Sequence record: PQ464595.1 | Strand: one strand, 5' to 3' | Length of the DNA stretch: 64,000 bases | In this document: positions 37,503-46,425 of the stretch, in pieces | Numbering within the stretch: the first letter of the stretch is position 1 | Layout: each line of letters starts with the position of its first letter | Made by a program: the position numbers and the translations under genes | The notes under the pieces: model-generated | The model's input: the letters and a program-made list of their open reading frames with translations, nothing else | What the model was told of the DNA's origin: nothing | Database searches by the model: none

Positions 37503-38402
37503 TTATACCTCGTATGGTTTCAGTACTTCTTGGTTCTGGTGGAACCTATTTACGTAATCTTTTTCACCACTTTTACGATACATAGTAATAATAGTGTCAA
37601 AGTTTTCCCATGCATATTCCCTGAACCAGCCAGAAGTAATACTTGTACAAACCTTAATTAGAGCAGTTACAAATGAACTACGTGGATCTAATTCAAAGTT
37701 GTTAGGGATTTGTGAACGTTCCAGTGCGAGTACGCAAGTTTCCTCATATACACCCAGGAGTTTAATACGATCCGGTTGAGCAAAGAATTTCTCTTTACTT
37801 GTCATCACATCAGCACCATCAACGATATAATTCATGTAAGCAGGTTTATCATCAATCATGATTGCTTCATGAATGGTATCGTGGTCATAGATGTAGTTAA
37901 CACCATCACCACTGAAGAATGATGCTTTAGCCTGATCCAGTACTGGATGCTTGTAGTTATACGTTTCCTTCTCACGAAGTTTGAAGATTTCATACAATAC
38001 AGGGTCATCCATATTCGCACCCATTTTACGCATTAACATAATATCACGATGCGTTTTAATGAAGTGCGGAGAATTACGTAAGTAACGATGTGACATTTTA
38101 ATTGCGTACAGTACATCCAATGGTGCTGTAATTATATCATGTTCAGCGTGCCAGTACTTGATTAATTGTTCAGTACTGTTATTAGAATGTCCAATATAGA
38201 TTTCAACATCAATATAACCATACGCATTTTTAATATGCATATAATCATCTGTTACTTTTTCAATGGTCATATCTGTATAAAGCTTAGTCCATTCCAAAAC
38301 TACACGTTGACATTCATCAGACATCATCATAACATCAAGATCAGTTTCTTTATTTGCCGGACGAATAGCATCAGGAAAAGCAGTACTACCAATAATCAAC
38401 AT
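37503..38402 (-). CDS. Nucleotidyltransferase-like protein
   Basis: MLIIGSTA...ETDLDV (GS + DxD). Confidence 0.6.
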   Translation of the reverse strand: MLIIGSTAFPDAIRPANKETDLDVMMMSDECQRVVLEWTKLYTDMTIEKVTDDYMHIKNAYGYIDVEIYIGHSNNSTEQLIKYWHAEHDIITAPLDVLYAIKMSHRYLRNSPHFIKTHRDIMLMRKMGANMDDPVLYEIFKLREKETYNYKHPVLDQAKASFFSGDGVNYIYDHDTIHEAIMIDDKPAYMNYIVDGADVMTSKEKFFAQPDRIKLLGVYEETCVLALERSQIPNNFELDPRSSFVTALIKVCTSITSGWFREYAWENFDTIITMYRKSGEKDYVNRFHQNQEVLKPYEV

Positions 38403-38417
38403 AATAATCACCAAAGA

Positions 38418-39056
38418 TTAGGGCATATGATAGCCGTCAGTATCTGCTGGATCATCATAGGGATGATGTTCAGCTATATATTCAAGTGCTTCATTCAGCA
38501 GTTTAAATGCTTTCACTTCACGGCGACGATGCCAAGCAATAACAGATAACGCCCATTCTTCTTTATCTTTATCATAGATAAGACTATATGAACCAAACTC
38601 TGAACAGGTATATTCAAAAACTCGGAAGATGATTATTTCACCTCGTTCATATTCTGAACCATCAATAGGCAGCATATGAGGAAGTACTTTGTTAATACCT
38701 TCAACCGTACTGTCGATATTATCACCATTATTATCAATACGAAGTTGAAAACCTGCTTGATTGGTTGCGGGAAAATACCCACTAACATCAAGACCAAGCG
38801 ATTCAAAGAAACGTTTACGAGCATAATAATGATCCATACCATGAGATATACCATCATCTACTATATAGAACTTAATCATGTCGTCTTCAGTTTCAATTAC
38901 TTCTGACTGAAGTTTTAGTACTTGAGCCTGTAGTTCCTGAATTTCATCAGTTAACATGCTATTTTCTTTATACAATGGTTGCATAGCTTGTTTGTTAGAT
39001 TCACGTTTTTTAGTTAATTCTTCAATACGTGCTTCAATTGCTTCGATAACTGTCAT
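38418..39056 (-). CDS. Hypothetical protein with N-terminal coiled coil
   Basis: ORF track. Confidence 0.75.
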   Translation of the reverse strand: MTVIEAIEARIEELTKKRESNKQAMQPLYKENSMLTDEIQELQAQVLKLQSEVIETEDDMIKFYIVDDGISHGMDHYYARKRFFESLGLDVSGYFPATNQAGFQLRIDNNGDNIDSTVEGINKVLPHMLPIDGSEYERGEIIIFRVFEYTCSEFGSYSLIYDKDKEEWALSVIAWHRRREVKAFKLLNEALEYIAEHHPYDDPADTDGYHMP

Positions 39057-39104
39057 AATTATCTCCAGTTTAAATTAAAATGGGGAATAAACTTCCCCAA
39101 TAGA

Positions 39105-39347
39105 TTAGCAGAAATCAGAACTACCCATCCAACGACCAGTTTCGCCGTATTCTTCAGCGTACCAATCATCCAGATATTCATAGTTATCTGAATCTTCATC
39201 GCACATTTCTTTGATCTTGCTGCCTGGATAGAATGTTTCATCCATAACAGAGAATTGCTGACCAGTTTCGTTAGCCAGTTCTTCACCTTCGTTGATCAGT
39301 GCTTGAATTTCTTTCTCAATTTGAGATAAACGTTTTGCTTTGCTCAT
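39105..39347 (-). CDS. Small acidic protein ending WxxSSxxC
   Basis: ...GRWMGSSDFC; paralog of the next gene. Confidence 0.7.
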   Translation of the reverse strand: MSKAKRLSQIEKEIQALINEGEELANETGQQFSVMDETFYPGSKIKEMCDEDSDNYEYLDDWYAEEYGETGRWMGSSDFC

Positions 39348-39356
39348 TGTAGTGCC

Positions 39357-39599
39357 TTAGCAAGTTTGGCTGGATGCTACCCAACCACCTTGATCTGCGT
39401 CCATATAGTATTCATCTACAGCCCAAGATTCTTCACCTTGAAGAAGTACTGGTGGGTAATAAGTTCCACCCATACCATAAGAAATATCAAGATTAATAGT
39501 AAGTCCATGTTCATCAGCAATAGCCATTGCTTCTGCTAATGCTTCATCAACTTTCTTCATCGCAACTTGCAACTGTTGCTGTGGGGTTAAATCACTCAC
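39357..39599 (-). CDS. Small acidic protein ending WxxSSxxC
   Basis: ...GGWVASSQTC. Confidence 0.7.
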   Translation of the reverse strand: MSDLTPQQQLQVAMKKVDEALAEAMAIADEHGLTINLDISYGMGGTYYPPVLLQGEESWAVDEYYMDADQGGWVASSQTC

Positions 39600-39850
39600 T
39601 CGTCGTCTCCATCTTCACATTTCCATGAATCATCGACCCATTGTGAAATCATTTGTTTAACTTCTTTTTCTTCTGCATCAGTTGTTTCATCATCAAAAGC
39701 ATAATAATAGTCACCAACTGGTGCATACCATTCCATTCCATCGTACAATTCAGTTTTAATTTCTTCAACTGTTTTGTTTACGAACAACTCAGTATAGTGA
39801 TCTGCTGACTCACTAATAATATGTAAAGCTACAATCATCTTCCAATCCAT
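39596..39850 (-). CDS. Hypothetical protein
   Basis: ORF track. Confidence 0.65.
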   Translation of the reverse strand: MDWKMIVALHIISESADHYTELFVNKTVEEIKTELYDGMEWYAPVGDYYYAFDDETTDAEEKEVKQMISQWVDDSWKCEDGDDE

Positions 39851-40191
39851 TCAACATTAGCATCACTACTGCGATACTTGCTAGTACTTTGATCTTCATG
39901 CCACCGCTGTTCACAACATTTACACGTAATAACGTACCAGTATGAATCGTCGGACTTACACCAGTTTCCAGTATCGGATTCTGGTTTTACAGTGACATAT
40001 GGGTGTTCACAATTCGATTGGAACTCAAATAGGTCAGAGTTTGCTTTGCCAGCAATTTCACGTAAACGTAAGAACTCCATACGTTTTTCAGCAAAATCTT
40101 GGTCTTTAGCATCTTTAAGCTCCTGGTATTCCACGGCATCTTCTTTAGAAGTGAATTCAGTACCATCAGGAGTTACATAGATTTTAGTCAT
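39835..40191 (-). CDS. Hypothetical protein with Cys/His cluster
   Basis: CEHP...C...CKCC. Confidence 0.65.
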   Translation of the reverse strand: MTKIYVTPDGTEFTSKEDAVEYQELKDAKDQDFAEKRMEFLRLREIAGKANSDLFEFQSNCEHPYVTVKPESDTGNWCKSDDSYWYVITCKCCEQRWHEDQSTSKYRSSDANVEWIGR

Positions 40192-40421
40192 TAGGTTTTA
40201 TCCTTTTTAAAATATTCTTCAATCTTGAGATAGATTATCATAGGCCAGAAAACACCTGCGAATACCGCCATCAAGAAAGCGAATAAAGCAAAAATAATAC
40301 CTAGACTACTATCAACATCAATTTCGTGAGTAAGTTCCCCGAAATGATGAATAAATGATACGATAGCACCGATGATATAAATCACCAGTACTACACATAG
40401 TATCGAGAGGAATGTGGTCAT
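40191..40421 (-). CDS. Small membrane protein
   Basis: Two hydrophobic segments, FWP motif. Confidence 0.65.
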   Translation of the reverse strand: MTTFLSILCVVLVIYIIGAIVSFIHHFGELTHEIDVDSSLGIIFALFAFLMAVFAGVFWPMIIYLKIEEYFKKDKT

Positions 40422-40621
40422 TTACTTTTCCTGTCCTTATATTCTTCATAGATAATAGCAGGAACAAGAACAGGCCACAGTACTGCTACACCAGCGACAA
40501 TACAAAAACCAATTGGTTCATTCCAGCTTTTACCAATTGTATTACCAACAACGATTGTCAATGCTAATCCAATTAGATAAGCAATTCCCACCATAATAAG
40601 AATGTCAATCATTAATCCCAT
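40418..40621 (-). CDS. Small membrane protein
   Basis: Two hydrophobic segments, LWP motif. Confidence 0.65.
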   Translation of the reverse strand: MGLMIDILIMVGIAYLIGLALTIVVGNTIGKSWNEPIGFCIVAGVAVLWPVLVPAIIYEEYKDRKSK

Positions 40622-40965
40622 CCTAAACGATACCGCCAGCCATTACTACCGAACGCATCGTCTTGATCGCCAGCGTCAAGAATACTAATCATGAATTCGA
40701 TTTCATTAGAAACCATATCACCATCAACCGGAATTGATTTAGATATATTGTCTAGTACTTCTAAGGTTAAAGGGGTGTAGTTTTCAAATAAATCATCAGG
40801 ATCTACGTCTTCATCGTCGCCATAGTATTCACGGTCGAAATCTACAACTAGATTATACATAGTGCGGAGGTCACGAATAAAAGAATCACGGTCGGCATCA
40901 TTACGAAATGAACCGTTAATTTCTAATTCATTCTGAAGTTTTCCAAAGGTACGTTCGTCACTCAT
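40612..40965 (-). CDS. Hypothetical protein
   Basis: ORF track. Confidence 0.7.
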   Translation of the reverse strand: MSDERTFGKLQNELEINGSFRNDADRDSFIRDLRTMYNLVVDFDREYYGDDEDVDPDDLFENYTPLTLEVLDNISKSIPVDGDMVSNEIEFMISILDAGDQDDAFGSNGWRYRLGWD

Positions 40966-41237
40966 ATATAACGCTCCATAAAATAATCAAAAACATCCTT
41001 CAATGTTTTTCCAGTATACCAATCAACCATTTCTAAGCTGTCAAATGAATCACGATCATCTTCGTCCGCATGTTCGTAGATTTCAATCATCCATTCTTTT
41101 TTATAGTTAATATCAATTTTTAAGACCAATTCATGAAAAGTACTTTCTTCGATAGCATCCATCATATCTGAGATGTAATCAAATTGTACTTCTTCTGATT
41201 GGTCTTCGGGGAATACATATTGTACTTCGTTAGCCAT
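40962..41237 (-). CDS. Hypothetical protein (start MANEVQ)
   Basis: ORF track trimmed. Confidence 0.65.
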   Translation of the reverse strand: MANEVQYVFPEDQSEEVQFDYISDMMDAIEESTFHELVLKIDINYKKEWMIEIYEHADEDDRDSFDSLEMVDWYTGKTLKDVFDYFMERYI

Positions 41238-41394
41238 AACTTTTACCAAATAACCACAGGCCAATTAGTGCCAGTAGTGGGGAGAATACTAGTGCTACTA
41301 AACCCCAAATGAAAACATTGCGGTTCTGTTTGTTTGCGAAAACAATGACCAGAATGAATGCTGCGAACCAAATCAGGGTGAAAAGAATGCTCAT
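41230..41394 (-). CDS. Small membrane protein (54 aa, MSILFTLIW...NRNVFIWGLVALVFSPLL)
   Basis: Hand translation; SD AAGGA. Confidence 0.65.
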   Translation of the reverse strand: MSILFTLIWFAAFILVIVFANKQNRNVFIWGLVALVFSPLLALIGLWLFGKSYG

Positions 41395-41397
41395 GTT

Positions 41398-41514
41398 TTA
41401 TTCCTTAATGTGATTTTCTAATACGTAAGTTGAATCAGAACCTTTTTGTTTCCACTTAGGCCATGATTCAACAATTTTGCTTGCTTCTTCTAAGTACTTA
41501 AAGAAATCAGTCAT
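41398..41514 (-). CDS. Small protein (38 aa, MTDFFKYLEEASKIVESWPKWKQ...)
   Basis: Hand translation; fills a gap. Confidence 0.5.
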   Translation of the reverse strand: MTDFFKYLEEASKIVESWPKWKQKGSDSTYVLENHIKE

Positions 41515-41761
41515 ACATACCATCCATAATAATATCATAATAGTTATCAAGAAATTCGTCTTCATCGAAACCATAATGTTTAGTATGAATGGTTATATCA
41601 CAAATTTCGTAGTTTGGATTATTTCGGAAAACATCAATCTTAGTCTTAAGACTATTATGAATTTCTTCTGGAGATGCGTTAATAAACATATCACTCCATG
41701 AGTAGTTATTTTCGTCAAAGAATCCTAGTACTACACAGATAAAAACTACTTTATCACACAT
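41507..41761 (-). CDS. Hypothetical protein
   Basis: ORF track. Confidence 0.6.
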   Translation of the reverse strand: MCDKVVFICVVLGFFDENNYSWSDMFINASPEEIHNSLKTKIDVFRNNPNYEICDITIHTKHYGFDEDEFLDNYYDIIMDGMYD

Positions 41762-41960
41762 TTTGATTTCCAGGACTTGTCATTACATCAACAGAAATAT
41801 CATATTCTTCTTCTGAATAGATATTACGCAGAGAATTTATACGACCACCAACTCCTTGTGCACCACCAATTGCGTTGATATAAGTCTCAGTACTTTGTGA
41901 GATAATATCATAGATTTCTTTACTATCTTTTTTACGAATCGTATATACAACGTGAATCAT
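41754..41960 (-). CDS. Hypothetical protein
   Basis: ORF track; SD AAGGAG. Confidence 0.65.
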   Translation of the reverse strand: MIHVVYTIRKKDSKEIYDIISQSTETYINAIGGAQGVGGRINSLRNIYSEEEYDISVDVMTSPGNQNV

Positions 41961-41985
41961 GTTGTACTCCTTATATTGTTTAATT

Positions 41986-42011
41986 AAAAGAAAGGGATAC
42001 CGAAGTATCCC
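41986..42011 (-). terminator. Rho-independent terminator
   Basis: GGGATAC-TTCG-GTATCCC + U-rich tail. Confidence 0.75.
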
Positions 42012-42022
42012 ATGTTTTTTTA

Positions 42023-42229
42023 TTAAATGTCAACAGTATAATCGTCGTCAACATCTCTTTGATCTAAAAATCGTACTGTATGGTTAATACCGCCAAAGAA
42101 TATATCAGATTGTTCTTTGCTTGTAAAGATTCTTGTTACTTTACTGTATTCAACTTCAGGTTCACCACTTTTAGTTTCATGTGCTGCTTTAACAGCGGTT
42201 ATTTCAATGGTTTCTACCAAATATTTCAT
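42023..42229 (-). CDS. Hypothetical protein
   Basis: ORF track; own extended -10 TGTGGTATAAT at about 42243. Confidence 0.65.
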   Translation of the reverse strand: MKYLVETIEITAVKAAHETKSGEPEVEYSKVTRIFTSKEQSDIFFGGINHTVRFLDQRDVDDDYTVDI

Positions 42230-42299
42230 ATTAGTTCCTTCTATTATACCACATAATGACTACCTGATTCATAAATATTTTTACAACTAAGGAGCCTAT

Positions 42300-42965
42300 A
42301 TGGATTATCAAAAAATTTACAATAACTTAATGCTAAAACGTAAAACAGTACTGTTAGAAAATCAGTATACTGAAAGTCATCATATTGTACCTAAATGCTT
42401 AGGTGGTGGCAATGAAAAAGATAATCTGGTTAATTTAACACCAGAAGAACACTTTCTAGCACATCAGTTGTTGGTTAAGATTTATCCAGAACATAAAGGA
42501 TTAAAATATGCTTTATACCTAATGACTATATCACCATCAGGTAAAAGAAATAATAATAAACTCTATGGTTGGATTAAGCGAGACTATCAATCAAATAGAG
42601 CAACATCATCTGGATTTACGGGAAGAACACATAAACCGGAAACTATAGCTAAAATGAAAGAAGCTCGTGCTAAACAGGTGATCACTGAAGAAACTAAACA
42701 AAAAATTAGCAGTACTAAGACTGGTGTCAAATTAACACAAGAAGCTAAAGATTCATTAAATGAAAAACGTCGAAATCATCCAACTTGGTTAGAGTCACAT
42801 CGAAATAAATCAGTTTCTGAAGAAGCTAAAGCTAAGATTAGTGCGGCTAATAATGGTAGAATTTTTCCAGAAAAGACGTGTCCACATTGCTTAAAAAATG
42901 GAGCAGGTCCGAATATGACCCGCTACCATTTTGATAATTGTAAGTTTAAAAATCTCCAGGGTTAA
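42300..42965 (+). mobile_element. Free-standing HNH homing endonuclease with NUMOD3-like repeats
   Basis: ESHHIVPKCLGGGNEKDNLVNLTPEEHFLAH; HKPETIAKMK/TEETKQKIS repeats; C-terminal CPHC; opposite strand; CATAAATA at 42270. Confidence 0.9.
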
Positions 42966-43872
42966 CCTGATAAACTTTCAAACCCAGCAGCTTACGCCAC
43001 ATATCTACTACTTTCGTGCGGTCGTCGAAGACTTTCTTCACATCGAACTTGTCAAAGACATGGTTCATGTACAGTTCGTACTTCACAATGTCGTCCGAGC
43101 GGCTATCTTCAGCACCACGCATGAAGATATGATCGTATGGAATACCGTACTTCTGTAACCATGCTTCAGTATCTTCTTGACAGGTTTCGTGACGACCACT
43201 CATGATGATCACAGTACGACCAAGATAGTTCTTCTCTGCCAGTACTGACAGAATTACTTCTGCGTCTGGATCATCAACAGATACTTTCTTTTCTTCGTAT
43301 GGACCACGTTTGCCGTTCATGTGAGCCAAAGTACCGTCAATATCAACAACGATGGCTTCAGGAAGATCAGTATTCGTCGGTACTGGAGCCGTGAAAGCAC
43401 TGTAGAAGTACTTTTCTGCCATACCGTCGATCACTTCTTCCGGTACTGATTTTTCACGCAGCAGGTTACGTTCTTTACACAGTTTAACATACTCCTTAAC
43501 TGCGAAGAACTCATGTACGAAAGTTTTACCTTTCTTGAATTCTTCAAAGAAGTTTTGTTCTTTGTAAGTGTAACCGTGCTCTTTGGCGAACTCTTTCCAC
43601 TTCTCACGAACGGAAGGGTTCAGGCCAGTGTCGCCAACAATGATGTTCCACTTGTTAGCAGCCGCATGTACCGCAGCACTGTACTGAGCGTTTTGCACGT
43701 ACTGTTCGTTGTCTTTGCGGAACTTGTAGTTACTATGGGAACCAGCCATTGTCTGACGAATGTCATCAAGGTTTACAATAACAGTCTTTGACCGTGCTGA
43801 TTTCACTTGTTCATTCGCCCAGGTGGTCTTACCGCATCCCGGCAACCCGATTGTTACTGTTACTTGTGGCAT
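42946..43872 (-). CDS. pseT: Polynucleotide 5'-kinase / 3'-phosphatase
   Basis: TIGLPGCGKTT, NLDDIR, VDIDGTLA (HAD DxD), VFDDR. Confidence 0.95.
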   Translation of the reverse strand: MPQVTVTIGLPGCGKTTWANEQVKSARSKTVIVNLDDIRQTMAGSHSNYKFRKDNEQYVQNAQYSAAVHAAANKWNIIVGDTGLNPSVREKWKEFAKEHGYTYKEQNFFEEFKKGKTFVHEFFAVKEYVKLCKERNLLREKSVPEEVIDGMAEKYFYSAFTAPVPTNTDLPEAIVVDIDGTLAHMNGKRGPYEEKKVSVDDPDAEVILSVLAEKNYLGRTVIIMSGRHETCQEDTEAWLQKYGIPYDHIFMRGAEDSRSDDIVKYELYMNHVFDKFDVKKVFDDRTKVVDMWRKLLGLKVYQVNPGDF

Positions 43873-44086
43873 TTTCTTTTCCTATTCCAAATTTATCAGA
43901 GAATTTTTTCAGTACATTTTCGGACAAACGAATGCTCGCCGTATCCTCACGTGAACTGTATTTCAACGGTGTCCATTCTAATCCACTTGAATCGAGAAAG
44001 TCAAGCCCACGGAAGTAATCTTTTAACGAATTAAATTTGATTACGGTCATATCCTGGACGATGCTATGTTGCACTTGTACTTTCAT
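43829..44086 (-). CDS. Hypothetical protein
   Basis: ORF track; SD AGGAG. Confidence 0.65.
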   Translation of the reverse strand: MKVQVQHSIVQDMTVIKFNSLKDYFRGLDFLDSSGLEWTPLKYSSREDTASIRLSENVLKKFSDKFGIGKENATSNSNNRVAGMR

Positions 44087-44097
44087 GGGATTCTCCT

Positions 44098-44322
44098 TTA
44101 GATTATAATGTACTTGTCATGGTACTTCATCGTCAGATTGAAGAAAGCTCCCTCGTCGAAGTAGAACTCTCCATCGACAATAAAGGCCACGTCACCTATA
44201 TTTCTTACATATTCAAGCATCTGTCGCATAGTGTATGTCGGCAGTGCTGTATTTGGGATAACTGAAAATTCCTGATCTCGGTATACTACTTTAGACGTTT
44301 GTAATGTTACTTGATTACTCAC
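44098..44322 (-). CDS. Hypothetical protein
   Basis: ORF track. Confidence 0.6.
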   Translation of the reverse strand: MSNQVTLQTSKVVYRDQEFSVIPNTALPTYTMRQMLEYVRNIGDVAFIVDGEFYFDEGAFFNLTMKYHDKYIII

Positions 44323-44554
44323 GAGCGTATCTTCCTAAATCATAAATTTTTGGTTTTTTGTTTTTGGGCTTACGATCCTTCTTATACGCAGATGAACTAA
44401 CTCCAAAAGTATTTTTAAGACGCTTAGCAGATTTCTGAACCCCTTTCCTTGAGCGTTCAGACTGTACAGCGTCTATCTCTTGTAGTATTCTTCTATGTTC
44501 TTCAGGAGTTCGTACTTCGCCCTTTGTTGCTTTATACTTTGGTTTAGCCATCAC
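44315..44554 (-). CDS. Small basic hypothetical protein
   Basis: ORF track; SD AAGGAG. Confidence 0.65.
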   Translation of the reverse strand: MMAKPKYKATKGEVRTPEEHRRILQEIDAVQSERSRKGVQKSAKRLKNTFGVSSSAYKKDRKPKNKKPKIYDLGRYARE

Positions 44555-44586
44555 TACTCCTTGTGGTAGGCTATTTAGAAGTACTG

Positions 44587-45735
44587 TTAGACTACAAAAT
44601 CCTTCAGTACTTCTTTCATGTATTTCAGCATCACAACCTTGTAATCAACAGGACGTTGTTGATACAGGCTGAACGCAATACCTGGCTTACCGAGTTCGTT
44701 AGGCAGAACCTTCTGAACCTGTAATGCGTATTCCTTACGTTCAAGATGCTTGTTCTGATTGTAAAACGCTTCACTTTCAGTGACTAAAGCATTATAGCAC
44801 GAAAATACAAGCTGTTCCATTTTTTCAATCTTTTTCATTGCGTATACGTCAGTACTGAACATCTGTTTCAGGTCATCTGACGCACCCTGTACTACTGTTT
44901 CGTACAAGCGTGAATCGACGTTGATGCCGTCTTTGGTAAAGTGTAAAGCACAGTACCAGTCAGTTTTGATCTTACACATACGACCATCTTTCAGGATCAG
45001 TACGTAACCTTCAATGTCTTGCATTGAACGACACGCTTCGATACTTTCGAACAGTGTTTCTTTCATAGGGAATGTTGAATCAACTTCACCATACTTAGCA
45101 AACACGGAACGTTCATACAGCAATGGTGAAATCTGTTTCAGATCTTCACCGACAATAAGTTCACCTGAGTTGCGGTTACGCAGGTTCAGCACTGTTAAAC
45201 CGTCTTCTTGATACGGAAGAACAATACGGAATTCAGGTGAAGTATATTCGAGGTTCACAGTATAACCAGTAGCTTCTACGAAATGAATCTCGTTCAGAAG
45301 TTCTTTGTCTGCGTGAATCATAGCAGTACTGTTAATCGCATGGTCAGAATTCAAAGACGCATGAGACTTAGTACGGATCTGGAAATCCACATCCATAAAG
45401 GTACTGATGATAGAACCATCCAGTTTATCCATTACTACGGAGATTTCAGTACTTAAAGTACTACGATCAAACATAGTGAATGGGTTCTCGTATGCGTTGA
45501 AGAACTTTTGCGGTGTACGAGAGGCACACGCCAAATAGTTACCTTCTTCGTCAACACGGAACATTGAACCGCGACATTCCAGTGCGTTAGGCTCCAGAAA
45601 ATCAGAATAACTCGCCAGGCGATATGAGAAAATACGGAAGATACCACCACCAACAGAGGTGAAGTCTTTCCACATAAACGCTTCGTTCTTAGCGGTTAAA
45701 GCCATCAGATCGTTAAAAATAGTTTCAGTACTCAT
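44587..45735 (-). CDS. rnlA: RNA ligase 1 (T4 Rnl1-like)
   Basis: FSYRLASYSDF, ECRG, KFFN, DKLDGSII, NLEYTSP, IEGYV, KIKTDWY. Confidence 0.95.
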   Translation of the reverse strand: MSTETIFNDLMALTAKNEAFMWKDFTSVGGGIFRIFSYRLASYSDFLEPNALECRGSMFRVDEEGNYLACASRTPQKFFNAYENPFTMFDRSTLSTEISVVMDKLDGSIISTFMDVDFQIRTKSHASLNSDHAINSTAMIHADKELLNEIHFVEATGYTVNLEYTSPEFRIVLPYQEDGLTVLNLRNRNSGELIVGEDLKQISPLLYERSVFAKYGEVDSTFPMKETLFESIEACRSMQDIEGYVLILKDGRMCKIKTDWYCALHFTKDGINVDSRLYETVVQGASDDLKQMFSTDVYAMKKIEKMEQLVFSCYNALVTESEAFYNQNKHLERKEYALQVQKVLPNELGKPGIAFSLYQQRPVDYKVVMLKYMKEVLKDFVV

Positions 45736-45766
45736 TGGTAAATCCTCATTAATTAAGTAAGGGAAC

Positions 45767-45795
45767 AGTCTACACTAAAGCAGCCTGTCTGTCAA
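45767..45795 (-). promoter_or_regulatory. Sigma70-like promoter TTGACA-17-TAGACT
   Basis: Read directly from sequence, upstream of rnlA. Confidence 0.75.
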
Positions 45796-45796
45796 C

Positions 45797-46102
45797 TCAA
45801 TATTCGCAAGTGTCGTCAATATTTTTCTGAAGGTCATACTTGTACATGCGTACTTTAAGCATCAGATCAGCAGGATAATGATAACATATTCCGTTATCAT
45901 GCCGCAAGTAAACCATATCAGAATCACGACCGTAACGGTTATAATTTGTTCGTAGTAAATGTTGCTGAGGTTTTTCATGAGTAATTGTGTACAGTACTTC
46001 ACCGGATGGTTTCTGAACAACGGTTCCTTCTTCAATTCTTCCAGCCGGAACAAGTATTGTAACATAATCAATATTAGTTAAATCAATCATTTGTCGTCCC
46101 AC
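45797..46102 (-). CDS. Hypothetical protein, paralog of the next gene
   Basis: GTVVQKPSGEVLYTI. Confidence 0.65.
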   Translation of the reverse strand: MGRQMIDLTNIDYVTILVPAGRIEEGTVVQKPSGEVLYTITHEKPQQHLLRTNYNRYGRDSDMVYLRHDNGICYHYPADLMLKVRMYKYDLQKNIDDTCEY

Positions 46103-46386
46103 ATAACTACATCTTGTAAATCGTAATACAAATCACCAATATTCATATAAACCATTAATTCAGTACTATCAGCAATCATGTTGATATTTCCTTGTTCATC
46201 TACTAAGAACACATTATCAACATCACATGTAATTTCCTGTTGATTCTCTCCGTAGATTTTAATACTTCTACGTAATGTATATTTCTTTTGTCCAGTTGGT
46301 TTCGTTACTGTAGCACCATCATCTATGTATTTTGCTCTTAGAAGTAAACGAATATCTTCTGGCATGTATCTTACGCTTATAGTCAT
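46087..46386 (-). CDS. Hypothetical protein
   Basis: GATVTKPTGQKKYTL. Confidence 0.65.
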   Translation of the reverse strand: MTISVRYMPEDIRLLLRAKYIDDGATVTKPTGQKKYTLRRSIKIYGENQQEITCDVDNVFLVDEQGNINMIADSTELMVYMNIGDLYYDLQDVVMWDDK

Positions 46387-46397
46387 TTCTTTTCCTT

Positions 46398-46420
46398 AAA
46401 GAAAGCCCCAATTAAGGGGC
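46398..46420 (-). terminator. Rho-independent terminator
   Basis: GCCCC-TTAATT-GGGGC + U-rich tail. Confidence 0.65.
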
Positions 46421-46425
46421 AAACA

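Noticed and set aside
17943-42011. Near-identical GGGATAC/GTATCCC repeats at 17947 and 41994
   Set aside because: Both are ordinary terminators after genes, not a repeat family or element ends.
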